64,000 bases of DNA from Diplonema japonicum (GCA_964019335.1 OZ025717.1:372001-436000); one strand, 5' to 3'. Positions 22,531 through 34,218 are shown, counted from the stretch's first letter. Notes: generated by a model not told the origin, from the sequence alone. Translations and numbers: made by a program.

Positions 22531-25071
22531 TCATTCTGCTGTGGGGTAAATTTGTCGCTGCGCACGCTTCATCCCATCCTCAATAGCCTGCCCTATAAGG
22601 TCCTTCCTAGTGATGATACCGACAACTTCATTAAGATCGTTAGTAACAGGGAGGTGGCGCAAAGCCATGGTACGGAACAAGTTCCTCACAATGTTAATAG
22701 AAAACGACTGATTGACAGTAAAGGAAGATGTGTTGACAAATGGACTCAGATCCATAACTTGATTTCTCATGTGCTTTGGAGGTTGCGGTACACCAAGCCT
22801 TTCATACACTATAGCATCCATGCTCTCCTTAAGGGTTTTGTACATAATCCCAGGGGAACCTGGTGATCCCGGAGAAGACACAGACCCAGGGGAACCTGGA
22901 GATCCCGGCATCGACACTGAAGACACCTCTGGCAGGCCGTCTTCCATTGCTATTTTCAAAACAGAGGCTATTTGCGATCGCAGCACCAATCCCTTGAACA
23001 GTTTTCTTCCCAACTGTTTGTCCTCTACCATTACCGGGAACCCGTTGTGGGAACAGCGGTTCATGACGTCGACAAGCTCACCTACAGTCAGTTTCAAGTT
23101 AAGCGTTACGACGGGCGACTTCATGATGTCTGATGCCTGGAAGCAGTCCATCTTCGGTATGTCACACAGGAAGTCCAAGAACGGTACACACTTCACCTCC
23201 AACAAAGCATGGTAAAGAGAATGCGTCGCAAAATCCGCAACCCACTTTGCAATGAGTACCGACGCCATGATGGGCAGCAGGAAGTGCAGCCCCCCCGACA
23301 CCTCCAACATGATAACCGCCAAAGAAATAGTTAGACGTGACACACCACCGAAAAATGCCGATGCACCGAGCAACGCGAAAATGCTGCTGTCTGCCCATGA
23401 CGCACTGGTTACCAGTTCCACAATTCTCCCGGACAGCCTTCCCATGACAGATCCAGTGATGAGCATGGGGATTACCAAGCCAGATGATATTGCCATTCCT
23501 GCGCTCCAACAGGCAAATACAAAGTACACCAGAAGGTAGGCAAGCAGTTCCTCGCGGCCTGTTTCCACGCCAAGGCTAGGTGTTGTGAACATGTGCTTCA
23601 CCAGTTCATCCCCACTTGAGAACACAAGTGTTGCCATTGGGGAGTACATCGTAACTTTCTCACCCTCACCTCCGCCTTCGCGTTGTTTGCACACCTCTGT
23701 TACAAGCCACTCGCATGCAGCCTCTTCCGGTGAGCTCTCATCCTCGCAGTGCAGCGATGAAGGAATCTCCTTGCAGTCCCCGCTCACGCCCAGAGCGAAC
23801 ATGATGCTCAAGAACACCACGCATATAATCGTCGGTTCTAGAATCCTAAACAGTGGTTTCTGGAGGTACTGAAGCCTGAACCGCATGATCTTCAGGTTGA
23901 AAAAAGTGAAGATGGCACCCAAAACCCCTCCCAGCAGGCCGATCAGCGCGGTTGGGATCATGGCTAGAATGTGGAACCTGTGGTCGCCTGCGTTGAGGGG
24001 GAACATGATGTCCATCTTGTCATCGAAGTAGCCGAAGTTGCCGACGTATGTCCAGGCCTCAAAGGGAGAGGAGAAGAAGGAGTTTGCAAAACTGGACATG
24101 AGGCATGCAAAGAATACCATCCATGTTAGCCGGGGCTCCCAATAAGAAGCGACCTCTTCGAAGACGAAAAGCAAGCCGCCGACAGGAGCGGAAAAGGCTG
24201 CCGACACACCCGCCGCAGCACCGCCGGTGATGAAGTCACGGTGTTCCTTCGGTTCACGGAACTGTGCGAACCAACTGTCAAGAGCGGAGCCCATACCACC
24301 ACCTACCCACCCCATGGTGCGGGACCTGCCCATGGGGAGGCCTGCTCCAAGCAACGCCCCCATGTGGATGATAGGCCCTTCCGGACCAACAGGAAGACCA
24401 CTTCCTACGGAAAAGACACAACTGATGAATTTAACGAAGAACGTCTTCACGTTAAACACATGAGGAACAAGCACCCCGTTGAGGTACCCCATCACATCAG
24501 GGACACCGCTGCCTCCAGCTGCTGGGGCTACAAACACTACCAATGAGCTTGACAAAAACGCAAGCAGCGCGCCAGACCCTACAAACACGGCGTAGGAAGA
24601 GGCAGTGGTGCTGCTTTTGCTAGGGTCGTACGCATCAAAAGTCCATTTAATGCGTTTTTTGTGGATATATTCGATGGTTTGGAAGAGAAGGAAGGCGATG
24701 AGTCCCACGCAAAGCCCGACGATGAAGAACATGGCCCACTTCGCGGGGGAGGACACCTCTTTCTTCCTTTCGACGTGTTCCTTGTAAACGACGTTCTCTT
24801 CCTTGTAGTAGTCGAGACCTTCGTATTTACACATTTTTGTCTTTTCATCAGAGGTGAACTTGTGCGATACGTTGCTTGCCTCGAAGTCACGTCCCACCTG
24901 GAAAAAAGAAACGTCACCTGTGGTGCCTATCTCTGTTGCGGCGTCGTCGTTTACCAGATTTCCCTCGACCATCGCCAGGAGCGGTATTGCTCTATCATCC
25001 TCTCCTGTTGCACTGCATCTTGAGTTTTGCCTTGACGGACTCTTCCGTGGCGATTCGCCCAACGTGTCCAT
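22531..25071 (-). CDS. CLC chloride channel/H+ antiporter (CLC-6/7-like) with CBS domains
   Basis: GSGVP, GPEGP (gating Glu), GAAAGVSAAFSAPVGG, SLYH; C-terminal CBS pair. Start assumed at MDTLGE. Confidence 0.92.
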   Translation of the reverse strand: MDTLGESPRKSPSRQNSRCSATGEDDRAIPLLAMVEGNLVNDDAATEIGTTGDVSFFQVGRDFEASNVSHKFTSDEKTKMCKYEGLDYYKEENVVYKEHVERKKEVSSPAKWAMFFIVGLCVGLIAFLLFQTIEYIHKKRIKWTFDAYDPSKSSTTASSYAVFVGSGALLAFLSSSLVVFVAPAAGGSGVPDVMGYLNGVLVPHVFNVKTFFVKFISCVFSVGSGLPVGPEGPIIHMGALLGAGLPMGRSRTMGWVGGGMGSALDSWFAQFREPKEHRDFITGGAAAGVSAAFSAPVGGLLFVFEEVASYWEPRLTWMVFFACLMSSFANSFFSSPFEAWTYVGNFGYFDDKMDIMFPLNAGDHRFHILAMIPTALIGLLGGVLGAIFTFFNLKIMRFRLQYLQKPLFRILEPTIICVVFLSIMFALGVSGDCKEIPSSLHCEDESSPEEAACEWLVTEVCKQREGGGEGEKVTMYSPMATLVFSSGDELVKHMFTTPSLGVETGREELLAYLLVYFVFACWSAGMAISSGLVIPMLITGSVMGRLSGRIVELVTSASWADSSIFALLGASAFFGGVSRLTISLAVIMLEVSGGLHFLLPIMASVLIAKWVADFATHSLYHALLEVKCVPFLDFLCDIPKMDCFQASDIMKSPVVTLNLKLTVGELVDVMNRCSHNGFPVMVEDKQLGRKLFKGLVLRSQIASVLKIAMEDGLPEVSSVSMPGSPGSPGSVSSPGSPGSPGIMYKTLKESMDAIVYERLGVPQPPKHMRNQVMDLSPFVNTSSFTVNQSFSINIVRNLFRTMALRHLPVTNDLNEVVGIITRKDLIGQAIEDGMKRAQRQIYPTAE

Positions 25072-25743
25072 TGCTTTTGATGAGACCCCTGAGTAGTATT
25101 GAGGAACAAGGGCAGGGACAAAAAAAGAAGGAAAAAAAAAACCAAAAACTCTGATGTGGGACCGAAACAAAAAAAAAATTTTTAGAGACCAAAGAAAAAA
25201 AAAAATGTAGATTTGGCAAGGGCAACAATAATGATCAAAAATGAAAAAGAAAAAGAGAGAAAACCGGCACTGAAAAGATGCCTCTTAGCCTCTATCCCTA
25301 TCTTTCTTGAAACACTTCCTTATATTGTGGCCTGCTTCAGAGCAGGGCAGAGATCTACCAACCGACGAATTTTTTTTAAAAAAAATAGAACGAAAGCTCA
25401 AATTTCTTTTTGGTCTCTAAAAATACTTCTCCCAAAAAAGATCCCCCCCTTTTTTTGTTTGTCTTTTTGCCTCAAAGTACTATTGCATTTCGAATAATAC
25501 TGCCAAGTGGGCAGAGATACCCAAAGTCTGTGGATAGTTTTTTCTTCTTCTTTTTTTTTCTTTTGACTTGACCTTAGAAACTGCATTCAAAAAAGGAGGT
25601 TTAAAAAAAAAAAACACGTAGAAAAAAAAAGGAATTTTCGCAACAACCTTTCTGCTAGGTAGGGTGCGTGCAATAATATTAAAAAAAAAGGGGGAAGGAA
25701 AAAAAAAAAAAAAACTTTATGATGAAAAAAAGGCCCCCATTCC

Positions 25744-27285
25744 CTACTCTCCCCTCTGTTCTTGGCTCCGCATAAAGCGGAAAACGATGGAAAGGATGCA
25801 AACAATGAGAGAGAGAAGAGGGACCAGCGAAAGGATCGTCGGCTTTGTAAAACTGCTGCCTCCGAGGTTCTTTACGGTGCCCTTGACAGAGTGTTTGGAT
25901 GCTGAGAGGATTTTGCAAGTAACAGTAGTGCCTATTTTGGCCTCTGTCGGAGGGATCAAAACTTGAATGTAGTTCTTGGTGTGCCCGACAAGGTTGACTC
26001 TATCGTGAGCCAGCTCTGTGATCCACACCTTCTGCGTGGTCCCAACGATGCTTGCCGTGTGGCCGCTGTATGAATCGAAGACCTGTGTCAGCCTTCTGGA
26101 GCGATCCTTCTTGACTTGCGTGATGAGTTGCTTCATTGCAGCAGCCGGTGTCCCAACCCTAGGGTAGAACTGAGAGATGTACAAAGATGGGAATTGATAT
26201 TTCTGACACAAACGAAGGGTTTTTTGGAAACTTTCTTCAGACTCCGACGGGAACCCACAAATGATATCCGTGGCAATAAGCATGCCAGGGACCTTTTCAA
26301 GCAGAGTGTCACAGATCATCTCAAAGTCCTCACAGGTGTATTCTCTGTTCATTACTTGAAGCACATCATTACACGCAGCTTGCACCGGTACATGCAGGAA
26401 CGCATACACCCGTTCATGGTTCAAAATTTCGCAGATATCGTGAATGTGCTCGAGGATGTAAGGGGGGTTTGTCATTCCCAGTCTCAACATGACACCTTCG
26501 GGGACGAGTTCGACGACTTTTCTTAGAAGATTGACGATGTTGGTGCCAATGTCTTTCCCGTACGCACCGGAGTCCTCTGAGGTCAGACGGATTTCTTTGA
26601 CGCCTTCTGAAATTACCTGTTTTACTCTGTCGCAGATTTCTTCCTCTGGGTACGACATGAGGTCACCGCGTGCGTGTTTTGTCTTGCAGTAGGTGCATTT
26701 GTTCAAACATCCTGCGTTGATAGGTATGATCTCAACCCACTCGTTCCTTCGGATCTTTGCGTGTGCTAATGAAGGCAGACCTTCCTTTTTACCGGAGTTT
26801 GTCATTTGAACCTTGTTGCCTTTGACAGCTTCCTTGACCACCTCCACCACACGGTGGATTTGTTGCACGCCGATTACACTTACGTCTGAAAAATGAGAAT
26901 TTTTCGGGTCGCCAGCAGGGACGCAGCCGGACACGATGGTTGGTTTTCCTGTTTTCCTTGATTTCTGCATTTCGTTAACGAAGTGTTCCTCCGAAGGGTT
27001 CTTCACTGTGCAGGAGTTTATCAGATACACGTCGGCTGCATCGAAGTCCTCTGTAACACCGTACCCTTCCTTCACCAGCAGCCCTGCCATGTACTCGCTG
27101 TCACTGTTGTTATGAGAGCACCCGTATGTCTTTAAGTACACCCTCTGTGCTCCAGGAATGTCGTATCCAACTGCCTTAGGCCTCGTCTTCCTCGCCCTAA
27201 CCACCACTCCACCTGGGGTTCCTTCCTTCGTTACCGTTGTCTCGCCTGTCCTTGACGTGTCTACTATGTTTTCGATGTCATCCAT
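25744..27285 (-). CDS. CDKAL1: Threonylcarbamoyladenosine tRNA methylthiotransferase
   Basis: KTYGCSHNNSDSEYMAG; radical-SAM CLNKCTYC; LGMTNPPYI; SQFYPRVGTPAA; TRAM domain; C-terminal TM. Confidence 0.93.
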   Translation of the reverse strand: MDDIENIVDTSRTGETTVTKEGTPGGVVVRARKTRPKAVGYDIPGAQRVYLKTYGCSHNNSDSEYMAGLLVKEGYGVTEDFDAADVYLINSCTVKNPSEEHFVNEMQKSRKTGKPTIVSGCVPAGDPKNSHFSDVSVIGVQQIHRVVEVVKEAVKGNKVQMTNSGKKEGLPSLAHAKIRRNEWVEIIPINAGCLNKCTYCKTKHARGDLMSYPEEEICDRVKQVISEGVKEIRLTSEDSGAYGKDIGTNIVNLLRKVVELVPEGVMLRLGMTNPPYILEHIHDICEILNHERVYAFLHVPVQAACNDVLQVMNREYTCEDFEMICDTLLEKVPGMLIATDIICGFPSESEESFQKTLRLCQKYQFPSLYISQFYPRVGTPAAAMKQLITQVKKDRSRRLTQVFDSYSGHTASIVGTTQKVWITELAHDRVNLVGHTKNYIQVLIPPTEAKIGTTVTCKILSASKHSVKGTVKNLGGSSFTKPTILSLVPLLSLIVCILSIVFRFMRSQEQRGE

Positions 27286-27483
27286 TTTTTTTTTTCTTAC
27301 TCCTTCTCCTTTCGATTGATATTGGTGTTGTGTGACGAAAAGAGGGGGAGGAGAAGGAAAAAGATGATCACTTCTGCAATACATCGTGTCAGAAAGAAGA
27401 AAAAAAAACTGAGGGGGGGTCACGTGATGAATGAATAATAATAATAAAAAAGAGAGACAGGGGGGAAGGAGGGGAAGGGGATA

Positions 27484-28905
27484 TCAAAAATCGAACGCAA
27501 ACCCACCGCTGTCTCCTTCCAACGCACTGCACCATGCTTCCTTGGCTTTCTTTTCCTTTGCTTCCTTCTCCTCCGCTTCTGCCAGGTACTCCGGAAGGTG
27601 TTCGTGGAGGGCATCCCGAAACTCCTTGTAAAACGTGTTTTTACGATCCTCGCAGACTCCGGACACATTGTGCGGGGTGTCCCTGAGAAAGGCAAGTACC
27701 TTAGGAAGCCCGGACCGGGATACATAGTTTTGCGTGATACAAACGGTAGGGGTCAGGTTGAGGCAAAGATGCCACCAACCGTTCGGGATAAACATCATTT
27801 CACCAGGCCGGACTAATACCTCCAAGGGCTGCACCTTGACCTCTTTACACCTTGCATAATAGTTATGGAACCACTCAACAAGTGACATGGGTGAAGTTAC
27901 ATCCGATCCATCAGCGCTGCACATCACACCGGGAGGAACCACAGACGGGGGAAAGAAAACCCATTTTTTCAAACCCCGTAAACAAGCGTTCCAGGCGTCT
28001 GTGGAGTTGGGATCCTTGTGGAAGGAAGACCCCGATCTTGTAGGCCCCATGATGAGCCACCGGTAGTCAGGCCTCGATGTCCCGAGAACCTTAAAAAGAT
28101 CATCGTTAAAATATTCCGGAACGCTGAACTGCTGCCCCATCTCCGGAACGGTCTCGACGAACTTAGCATCAAAGAGGTACAACGGCCTGTCGTCAATTTG
28201 TTGTTCGCAATACGTGCTGAACTCAGACAGTGTTAGCTTAGCTGCCTCACATTGGAACTCCTTGTCACCCCAACGGGACAAGTACTGTGGGTCCCATTTC
28301 TTGAAACAATCCCATTCCGTAACGAGGTCTGTAAGGACTACAGGAATGCCAGGTGCTTCGTACTGTTCAACGAATTGTTGTTTTGTCAGTGCTCTGGCAG
28401 ACACTCGTTGCACATTCTCATGTGATGTCCAAGAGGATGGTACATGCATTGTTGCATCGCGGTGGGGTTGGTACAGAGTGTCTGAGAAGAAATTGTCGAT
28501 TGATATCGGGGTGTGTTGAGGGGGTGGTGTTGATTTGTTCTTTCCCGACCATGTTGTGTTGATGTATGTTTGCTTCCATGATTTTGAGAAGAAGAATTTT
28601 CCGTCTGTTCGCAGGGCGAAGAGTGTTAGAGGCTTCCACAAATCGTCGGCGTGGCCGAACGCGTACAAGGCCCTGCTCACCTCCGTCACAGTGCTCAGAT
28701 CCCTTGCGTTTAAGTACCCCAGTGTTTCGCCTACCGTTGTGTCCGTCATCACTCTTAGCTCTCCCAACCCTGCCTGCCTGCAGTTTACTTTTCCACTGAA
28801 AAACATATTCCCCTCTGGCTTCACACCATATGGGTGTGACACATCTCTTCTTTGTTCCTCTTTTACTTCTTCCTCCGCGCGGACGCGACGCCCTTGTCCT
28901 ACCAT
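27484..28905 (-). CDS. F-box + JmjC (JMJD6-related) oxygenase
   Basis: HPYGVKPEGN; F-box-like segment; PLYLFD; RPDYRWLIMGPTRSGSSFHKDPNSTDAWN; GWWH (HxD..H triad). Confidence 0.88.
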   Translation of the reverse strand: MVGQGRRVRAEEEVKEEQRRDVSHPYGVKPEGNMFFSGKVNCRQAGLGELRVMTDTTVGETLGYLNARDLSTVTEVSRALYAFGHADDLWKPLTLFALRTDGKFFFSKSWKQTYINTTWSGKNKSTPPPQHTPISIDNFFSDTLYQPHRDATMHVPSSWTSHENVQRVSARALTKQQFVEQYEAPGIPVVLTDLVTEWDCFKKWDPQYLSRWGDKEFQCEAAKLTLSEFSTYCEQQIDDRPLYLFDAKFVETVPEMGQQFSVPEYFNDDLFKVLGTSRPDYRWLIMGPTRSGSSFHKDPNSTDAWNACLRGLKKWVFFPPSVVPPGVMCSADGSDVTSPMSLVEWFHNYYARCKEVKVQPLEVLVRPGEMMFIPNGWWHLCLNLTPTVCITQNYVSRSGLPKVLAFLRDTPHNVSGVCEDRKNTFYKEFRDALHEHLPEYLAEAEEKEAKEKKAKEAWCSALEGDSGGFAFDF

Positions 28906-29170
28906 TTTTTTATTGCTCTTTTCTTTTTTCTTTTTTCTCCCACGGGCCCTCCCCTCTGAATGTGTTTTCTATTGCATTCACTGCGGGATAAAAAAGGGGG
29001 GGGACAAATAAAAAACTAACATTTTTTTTTGGGAGGTGGTACTGGTTGTTGTCATTTTTTTTTTTGCCGTCATGCTTTGCTCCTTGTTGGAGACAAAACA
29101 AGAAAAAAAAAGAGGGGGGAAATGGGCTTTGGTTGCAACACTAGGTGGCGTTAAGCGTGCAACGAAGTAT

Positions 29171-29429
29171 GAACTGTCTACTTGATTACATGGGGCGCTC
29201 CTCGGCCTAACTGTAGCTTCTTCTGCGTTCCGCGTCGTGCCCTTAATTCGTGCGGTGTACAACTCAACCCCAGCCGGGGTGTCCCAGGTAACCAAATTCT
29301 GAGTTCGTCACCCTGAACATCTGCATTACGTTCTTCCACTCAGGCACTACCGGTGATGACCGACGAGGAGGTCAACAGTGAACAACACATCTGATGTACT
29401 TCTTATATATCCATGTAACCCCCACCAGA
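29171..29429 (+). repeat. Dispersed ~320-bp repeat family, end-truncated copy (CpGs retained)
   Basis: Aligns with 42101-42427 from gaactgtctacttgattac to cccaccagaaaa. Confidence 0.85.
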
Positions 29430-29787
29430 AAAAAAAGAGCCCGGTATTTTTTCCATGCATGCAAGTATAGACCCCGAGGGGAGGAGTGGGAACACCATTA
29501 GGAGACTTCCATCTCTGCTGACAAGAAAAAAAAAGCAAAAAAGGAGCAAGTAATAGAAAACCAAAAAAAAAAAAGAACCTAAGCCCGTGCTCTGAAATAG
29601 GCAAATCTATAAAAATACATCACACACACCCCCCTCCCTGTTTTTTTTTTTTTAAAGTTTTAGATAAAACCAGGGGGGAAGAAAACCATTTCACAATATA
29701 AGAACGATTTTTAAAAAAAAAAGGAAAAAAAAAGAAGAAAAAAAAAACAGCCCCACCCGGGAGGTATGGAAATACCCCCAATCACGG

Positions 29788-30369
29788 TTATTGTTTGTCA
29801 GGACCAGGACACCACATCTCAGAATGCTGTGCCTGTCTTTCATTGGGAAACACACCATTGCAGTCAGGGCATATAAAGGACGACCCATCTTGGAGAGTTG
29901 TGTTGATGGTTTTTGTAGCAAGGATAGTGTCGCCAGGAGGTAAGGTGGGGAGCCGATTACGCAGCGGGTTTCTATTAGGAAGCCGTATTGTATCTCGAGG
30001 CTCTTCCTTGTCTTCTTGAGTCTGTTCTTGTTGCTGTTCCTGTTCTGCCCCCCGCTCACCTCGAGCAGCTTGTATCTCCCGCATGACACAAGGGTCAGGT
30101 GCAGATCCAGGTAGCAGGGTCAACACCCCATTCCCTTCTCTATCCCAATATCCCAGCATGACGACGAGCTCCCTTGCAGTCTGATATTTTCCTATCCTCC
30201 TTTGGAACCCTTCAGATCGGGCGTCGATTTTGCCGCCCCCGAACCTTGCCCCATAGATCCCAAGAGCCTCGATTTGTGTGAGAATGTCTTGAGCACTCCT
30301 CCAGCTGCCACACTGTTCTATCAGTTTTTTCACCACGCAAGCCGCTTGAGGCGACGTCGTGCCGTCCAT
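29788..30369 (-). CDS. PUB-like domain protein with a C-terminal C2HC (UBZ-like) zinc finger
   Basis: KIDARSEGFQRRIGKYQTARELVVMLGY is PUB-like; CPDC...HSEMWC at the C-terminus. Start assumed at MDGTTS. Confidence 0.6.
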   Translation of the reverse strand: MDGTTSPQAACVVKKLIEQCGSWRSAQDILTQIEALGIYGARFGGGKIDARSEGFQRRIGKYQTARELVVMLGYWDREGNGVLTLLPGSAPDPCVMREIQAARGERGAEQEQQQEQTQEDKEEPRDTIRLPNRNPLRNRLPTLPPGDTILATKTINTTLQDGSSFICPDCNGVFPNERQAQHSEMWCPGPDKQ

Positions 30370-31272
30370 GTAATGATAAAGGGATGATAACAAAACAAAA
30401 AAAAGTGTTTCCTTTTGTTTGATGAGAGATTGGAGAGAGAAAAAAAGAGGGGGGGGAAAGGCAAGAAACAAGAGGGGGGGGGGAAAGGGTGGAATTTTTT
30501 TTTGAACAAACAATTTCTTTTTCGTTATAAAATGGGGGGGGGTTGTTTTTTTCTTCGAAAAAGAAAACCCTTTTTCTTTTTTCTTTTCTTCGTCATCTCC
30601 CCATCTGATTTTTTTATATAAAAAAGTGGAGTGAAAAAATGGGGGGGGGGGAAACTACTTCTTGTAAAACGGGGCGTTCGTCCTATGCTGGTACGGTGGA
30701 GTGGGGCAACATAAAGAAGGAAAATGACGATTTACACGTGCCGCGAAAAAAGCAGATAAAAAAAACCCCCCGTACAATTCCCTCAGATAAAAGGGAGTTA
30801 TTGAAAAGAATTTTATGATGATCCTCCTTTGGGGTTAAAAAAAGAAGAATGTGATCATTTTTTTTCGCTTCTTCTCTCTTTCTATAGGGGGGGCGGGGAA
30901 CAAGAATAAGAATTCTCTGGCTGCGTTCTTTTTTTTTCTCTCGACTATATTTATATTCTTCATTTATTCTTTCTTCTTTTGTTTAAAAGAACTTTACTTC
31001 CTTCTTTTGAGTTGTTTTTTTTTTGTCTAAAAATTCAATTTTTATTTTTATTTTTTTTAAAAGATTGTAATCAAACATCGGGTTATCCACATTTTCTTTG
31101 TCCTTTTTGCCACAACAAAAAAAAAGGAAATATCTTTAATGAACAAACGTGTCTCAAGGCAAAAAAAAAAAAAAAAATCACTGAACGGAGTTTCCTAAAG
31201 AATAATTCCTGCACCACTCCACTCCATCCTCCTATAAAGAAGTCTGTCCTTTACCCCCCCCCCCCACCCCAA

Positions 31273-33744
31273 TCACACATCAAACACAATAGGTAACTTT
31301 TTACTTGTTTGACTACAGGACCCGTCCCCAGATAATGAAGAACCGAAAATCTTTTGACTAGGTGGCTCGAGAGGAGAGAAAGGTTCCAACGGAATAGGCA
31401 TCAAAGGCTGCTCGAGCACGTCATGACCTGATGCTGCTTCAGACCCCCAGAACGACGTCTTACGGGTGTTGATATTGATATCCGACGCCTCGGCAGTGGC
31501 CTTGGCAACCAAGAGTTTGCGGTACCCATCAGTCAGGTCGGCAAAGAACAAAACAGTGTCATAAACAGCCCGAACCAACGTCAGCATCAACGATGCCTCC
31601 AGGAACCCCAATGCAAGATTCTCCCACATCGCCTCATCGTAGTAAGGTGCTACAACAAACGAGGTCGTCGCGCATGCAAGCGATAGGCACAACGCAGCGC
31701 ACGTTAAGACCGTTAGATGCTGCAAGAACCCTGCCACAAAGCACCTTACGTATAACAGGGTACCTGTCTGTAGTAACATGATGGCCGTCATTCCGCCCGC
31801 TTTGAAAATGCAGCCCGTCCGCCCCAGCCTTGGCACCGCTGCGAGTATCGAGAGAGGAATCACATGTCCGAACTCTACTAAGTAGTGCTGGCCTCTTAGC
31901 CACGTTAGGTTTTCGAAGGATTCGAACAGCACGCCTCTGCCTTCCACATACCCTGGGTGTATAGATGCCCATGCTGCCCCGCCCAGGAAGTAGCTCTTCA
32001 AACGCGAGCCGCTTGCTTCCGGTCGCATCAACCTGCACTTCGTCGTGTCCGTGAAGCCGTACAGCGTGAGCACAACGACGAAGAGCACTACGGTTGCGAC
32101 GCCCAGCACGCCGTAGCCCACTGTGCGGCTGCTCCCGTTCAGCAGCAAGTGGAAAGCGCACTCCACGATGGAGGGCATCAGCAGCATCTGGAAGGGTGCA
32201 ACAAGCGACGGATACCTCACCGCGCTTGCCGCCTTCGTGGCGTCCCCGCCGTGAACCACTTTCATCACAGTGTAGGCCAAGAATAGCACAGCAGGTAACC
32301 CAGCGCACAAGATCGTGTTCCCCACCACACAGCCTGCCCAGTTGCTGTCGTCCACGGTGAACCCCAAGGGATGCATCACCCGCGGGAGGGGGTCGTCGTC
32401 AGATTCTGTGCACAGCACACCGCGTGCGATGCTCATGGAGCGCATCACAGACACCCCCGCGTTGGACCCGACGAGGCCGGCTACCGAAGAGACGCCGCCT
32501 GCCGTGTTGCCCAAGGTCTCTGTCCTCGATGACAAGGTAGGTGCCGAAGAGGAGTCATCTTGGGTCAAGGTCGCAGTTGGGTTTGCAGACACAAGCGGAG
32601 ATGGTGTTCCTGGAGCTGGTGTAGCAGGTGAAAGTGTGGGCGGTGAGAGCGTAGGCGGTGCCTGTGAAGGAGGGTATGGTGTAGGGGGACTTAAAGTGGG
32701 AGGACTCAAGGTAGGAGGGGTCAGTGTAGGAGGTGAGGGCGTAGGAGGTGACAAGGTCGGCGGGGCAAGGGTAGGTGCGATGGACACGTCAATGATGAAG
32801 ATCCTGTCCTCAAGTTCTGCCGCAAGGTACGCGATGCCGTTGTCGACAGTCACGTCAGAAGCTGTAATGTTGGTCCCGTCCATTGGGAGCCACGACGTGA
32901 GCAACACAGGGACGGGGATGGGCTGAGAGACGTCGAATATCTTCATCCCGTTCCTTTGATCGGCAACATACAGAGACTGCGTGCCCTCGTCGAGCCAGAG
33001 ACCCTCCGTTCCCATTGTCTCGGTGTTGGCCCCTACCAAAGTGGGGGATGTCCCAGACAGATTGAAGACCTCTATGCCTTGTGAGGAACGGTGGGTGATA
33101 AACGCAAACTCGTCCTTCACCCAGATGTGCTCGGGCGCGCCTGAAATGTTAAAAGTAGAAGAGGCCAGTGTGGGTGAGCTGAGGTCGATGATGTGCAGGG
33201 AGCCGTCTTGGGTTGTGAGGCCGTAGCCTGTATTGGACTTGATGAACAAATCGTCGAGGCGTGCGAGGCTGAGGACGTAACCTGGAACTGGGTTCGCATG
33301 GTCAACAATGTCCATGACTTCGATGCCACTAGCAGTGAAGACGTAGAGGCTTTGACCTTCTCTTCTCACGCCCATGGGCAAGCCCGTCAGGGAGGTTGTG
33401 GAGACAAGCTGTGGGGTTTCCCGTGTTGAAATGTCATAGATATTGAACGCATTGCCGACCCCCCCGTAGCCGACGAACATCCAGTCCCCGTCCACCAGCA
33501 CAGAGCTGAAGTAGAGACATGGCCGCTGGCACGGTACTTCCACCACCTTGACTGGGGTCGGCTGGCTTACGTTGTAGATAGTTACCTTACTAGTCGTTGT
33601 TGTGTACAGATATTCATCTTGTTTCTGGAGCGCATGTGCCTCAGTCGGGGATATCTCGCTGATTTCAACAGGGTTTGCAAAGGATCCGCCAACGCCGTGC
33701 AGCGTAGGGAGCAAAAGGAGCACAGCATACACATGCATATTCAT
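31273..33744 (-). CDS. Surface protein: LVIVD-repeat propeller, PPTLS stalk, multi-pass TM module
   Basis: Signal peptide; repeats such as FNIYDISTRETPQLVS, IEVMDIVDHANP, MKIFDVSQPIP; ~10 (PPTLS/PPTPS) repeats; about 7-8 hydrophobic segments. Confidence 0.8.
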   Translation of the reverse strand: MNMHVYAVLLLLPTLHGVGGSFANPVEISEISPTEAHALQKQDEYLYTTTTSKVTIYNVSQPTPVKVVEVPCQRPCLYFSSVLVDGDWMFVGYGGVGNAFNIYDISTRETPQLVSTTSLTGLPMGVRREGQSLYVFTASGIEVMDIVDHANPVPGYVLSLARLDDLFIKSNTGYGLTTQDGSLHIIDLSSPTLASSTFNISGAPEHIWVKDEFAFITHRSSQGIEVFNLSGTSPTLVGANTETMGTEGLWLDEGTQSLYVADQRNGMKIFDVSQPIPVPVLLTSWLPMDGTNITASDVTVDNGIAYLAAELEDRIFIIDVSIAPTLAPPTLSPPTPSPPTLTPPTLSPPTLSPPTPYPPSQAPPTLSPPTLSPATPAPGTPSPLVSANPTATLTQDDSSSAPTLSSRTETLGNTAGGVSSVAGLVGSNAGVSVMRSMSIARGVLCTESDDDPLPRVMHPLGFTVDDSNWAGCVVGNTILCAGLPAVLFLAYTVMKVVHGGDATKAASAVRYPSLVAPFQMLLMPSIVECAFHLLLNGSSRTVGYGVLGVATVVLFVVVLTLYGFTDTTKCRLMRPEASGSRLKSYFLGGAAWASIHPGYVEGRGVLFESFENLTWLRGQHYLVEFGHVIPLSILAAVPRLGRTGCIFKAGGMTAIMLLQTGTLLYVRCFVAGFLQHLTVLTCAALCLSLACATTSFVVAPYYDEAMWENLALGFLEASLMLTLVRAVYDTVLFFADLTDGYRKLLVAKATAEASDININTRKTSFWGSEAASGHDVLEQPLMPIPLEPFSPLEPPSQKIFGSSLSGDGSCSQTSKKLPIVFDV

Positions 33745-34218
33745 TTCTTTTTTTTTCCCCTCTCAAATCACATGAGCATTTTTTTTTTTTAATTTATTTT
33801 CTTTATCTGTGTGTTCCCTTTTTTTTTATTTGCTGTTTTTTTTTGTTTTATTCTTCCAACCTGGAGAGAAATGAAAACAACTGAACTGAAGGAGGTGAGA
33901 AAAAAAATAAATGAATGGGGGGGGTCAAGACAGCGGGAGCTGGGACAGTTCTGATGAGGAAGAAGTGCTCTCTCTCTATGTGCGTGGTGCGTTGGGTTAG
34001 TTGAAACTATGCACACGTGGGAGGGCTGCAAAGAAGGGGTCACCCTCAGATGTTAAATGTTATTTTTAAATACTGTACTTTCCTTTTTTCCTCTGAAGGG
34101 GGGGGGGGGGGGGGGGGTTTAACCATTCCCCTCCTCAGCCCACACAATCCTCTTTCTTCTCTATGTTACCCCGCGTGCCCAACTTCCCCCCTTTTTTTAT
34201 TATCTTGGGGCCTTAGTC

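Noticed and set aside
27286-27423. N-terminal ORF extensions in the track (also 25072-25170, 15108-15221, 35910-36188, 51972-52040)
   Set aside because: Mostly begin at non-ATG codons in low-complexity UTR sequence or overlap the upstream gene; downstream ATGs fit homology better.
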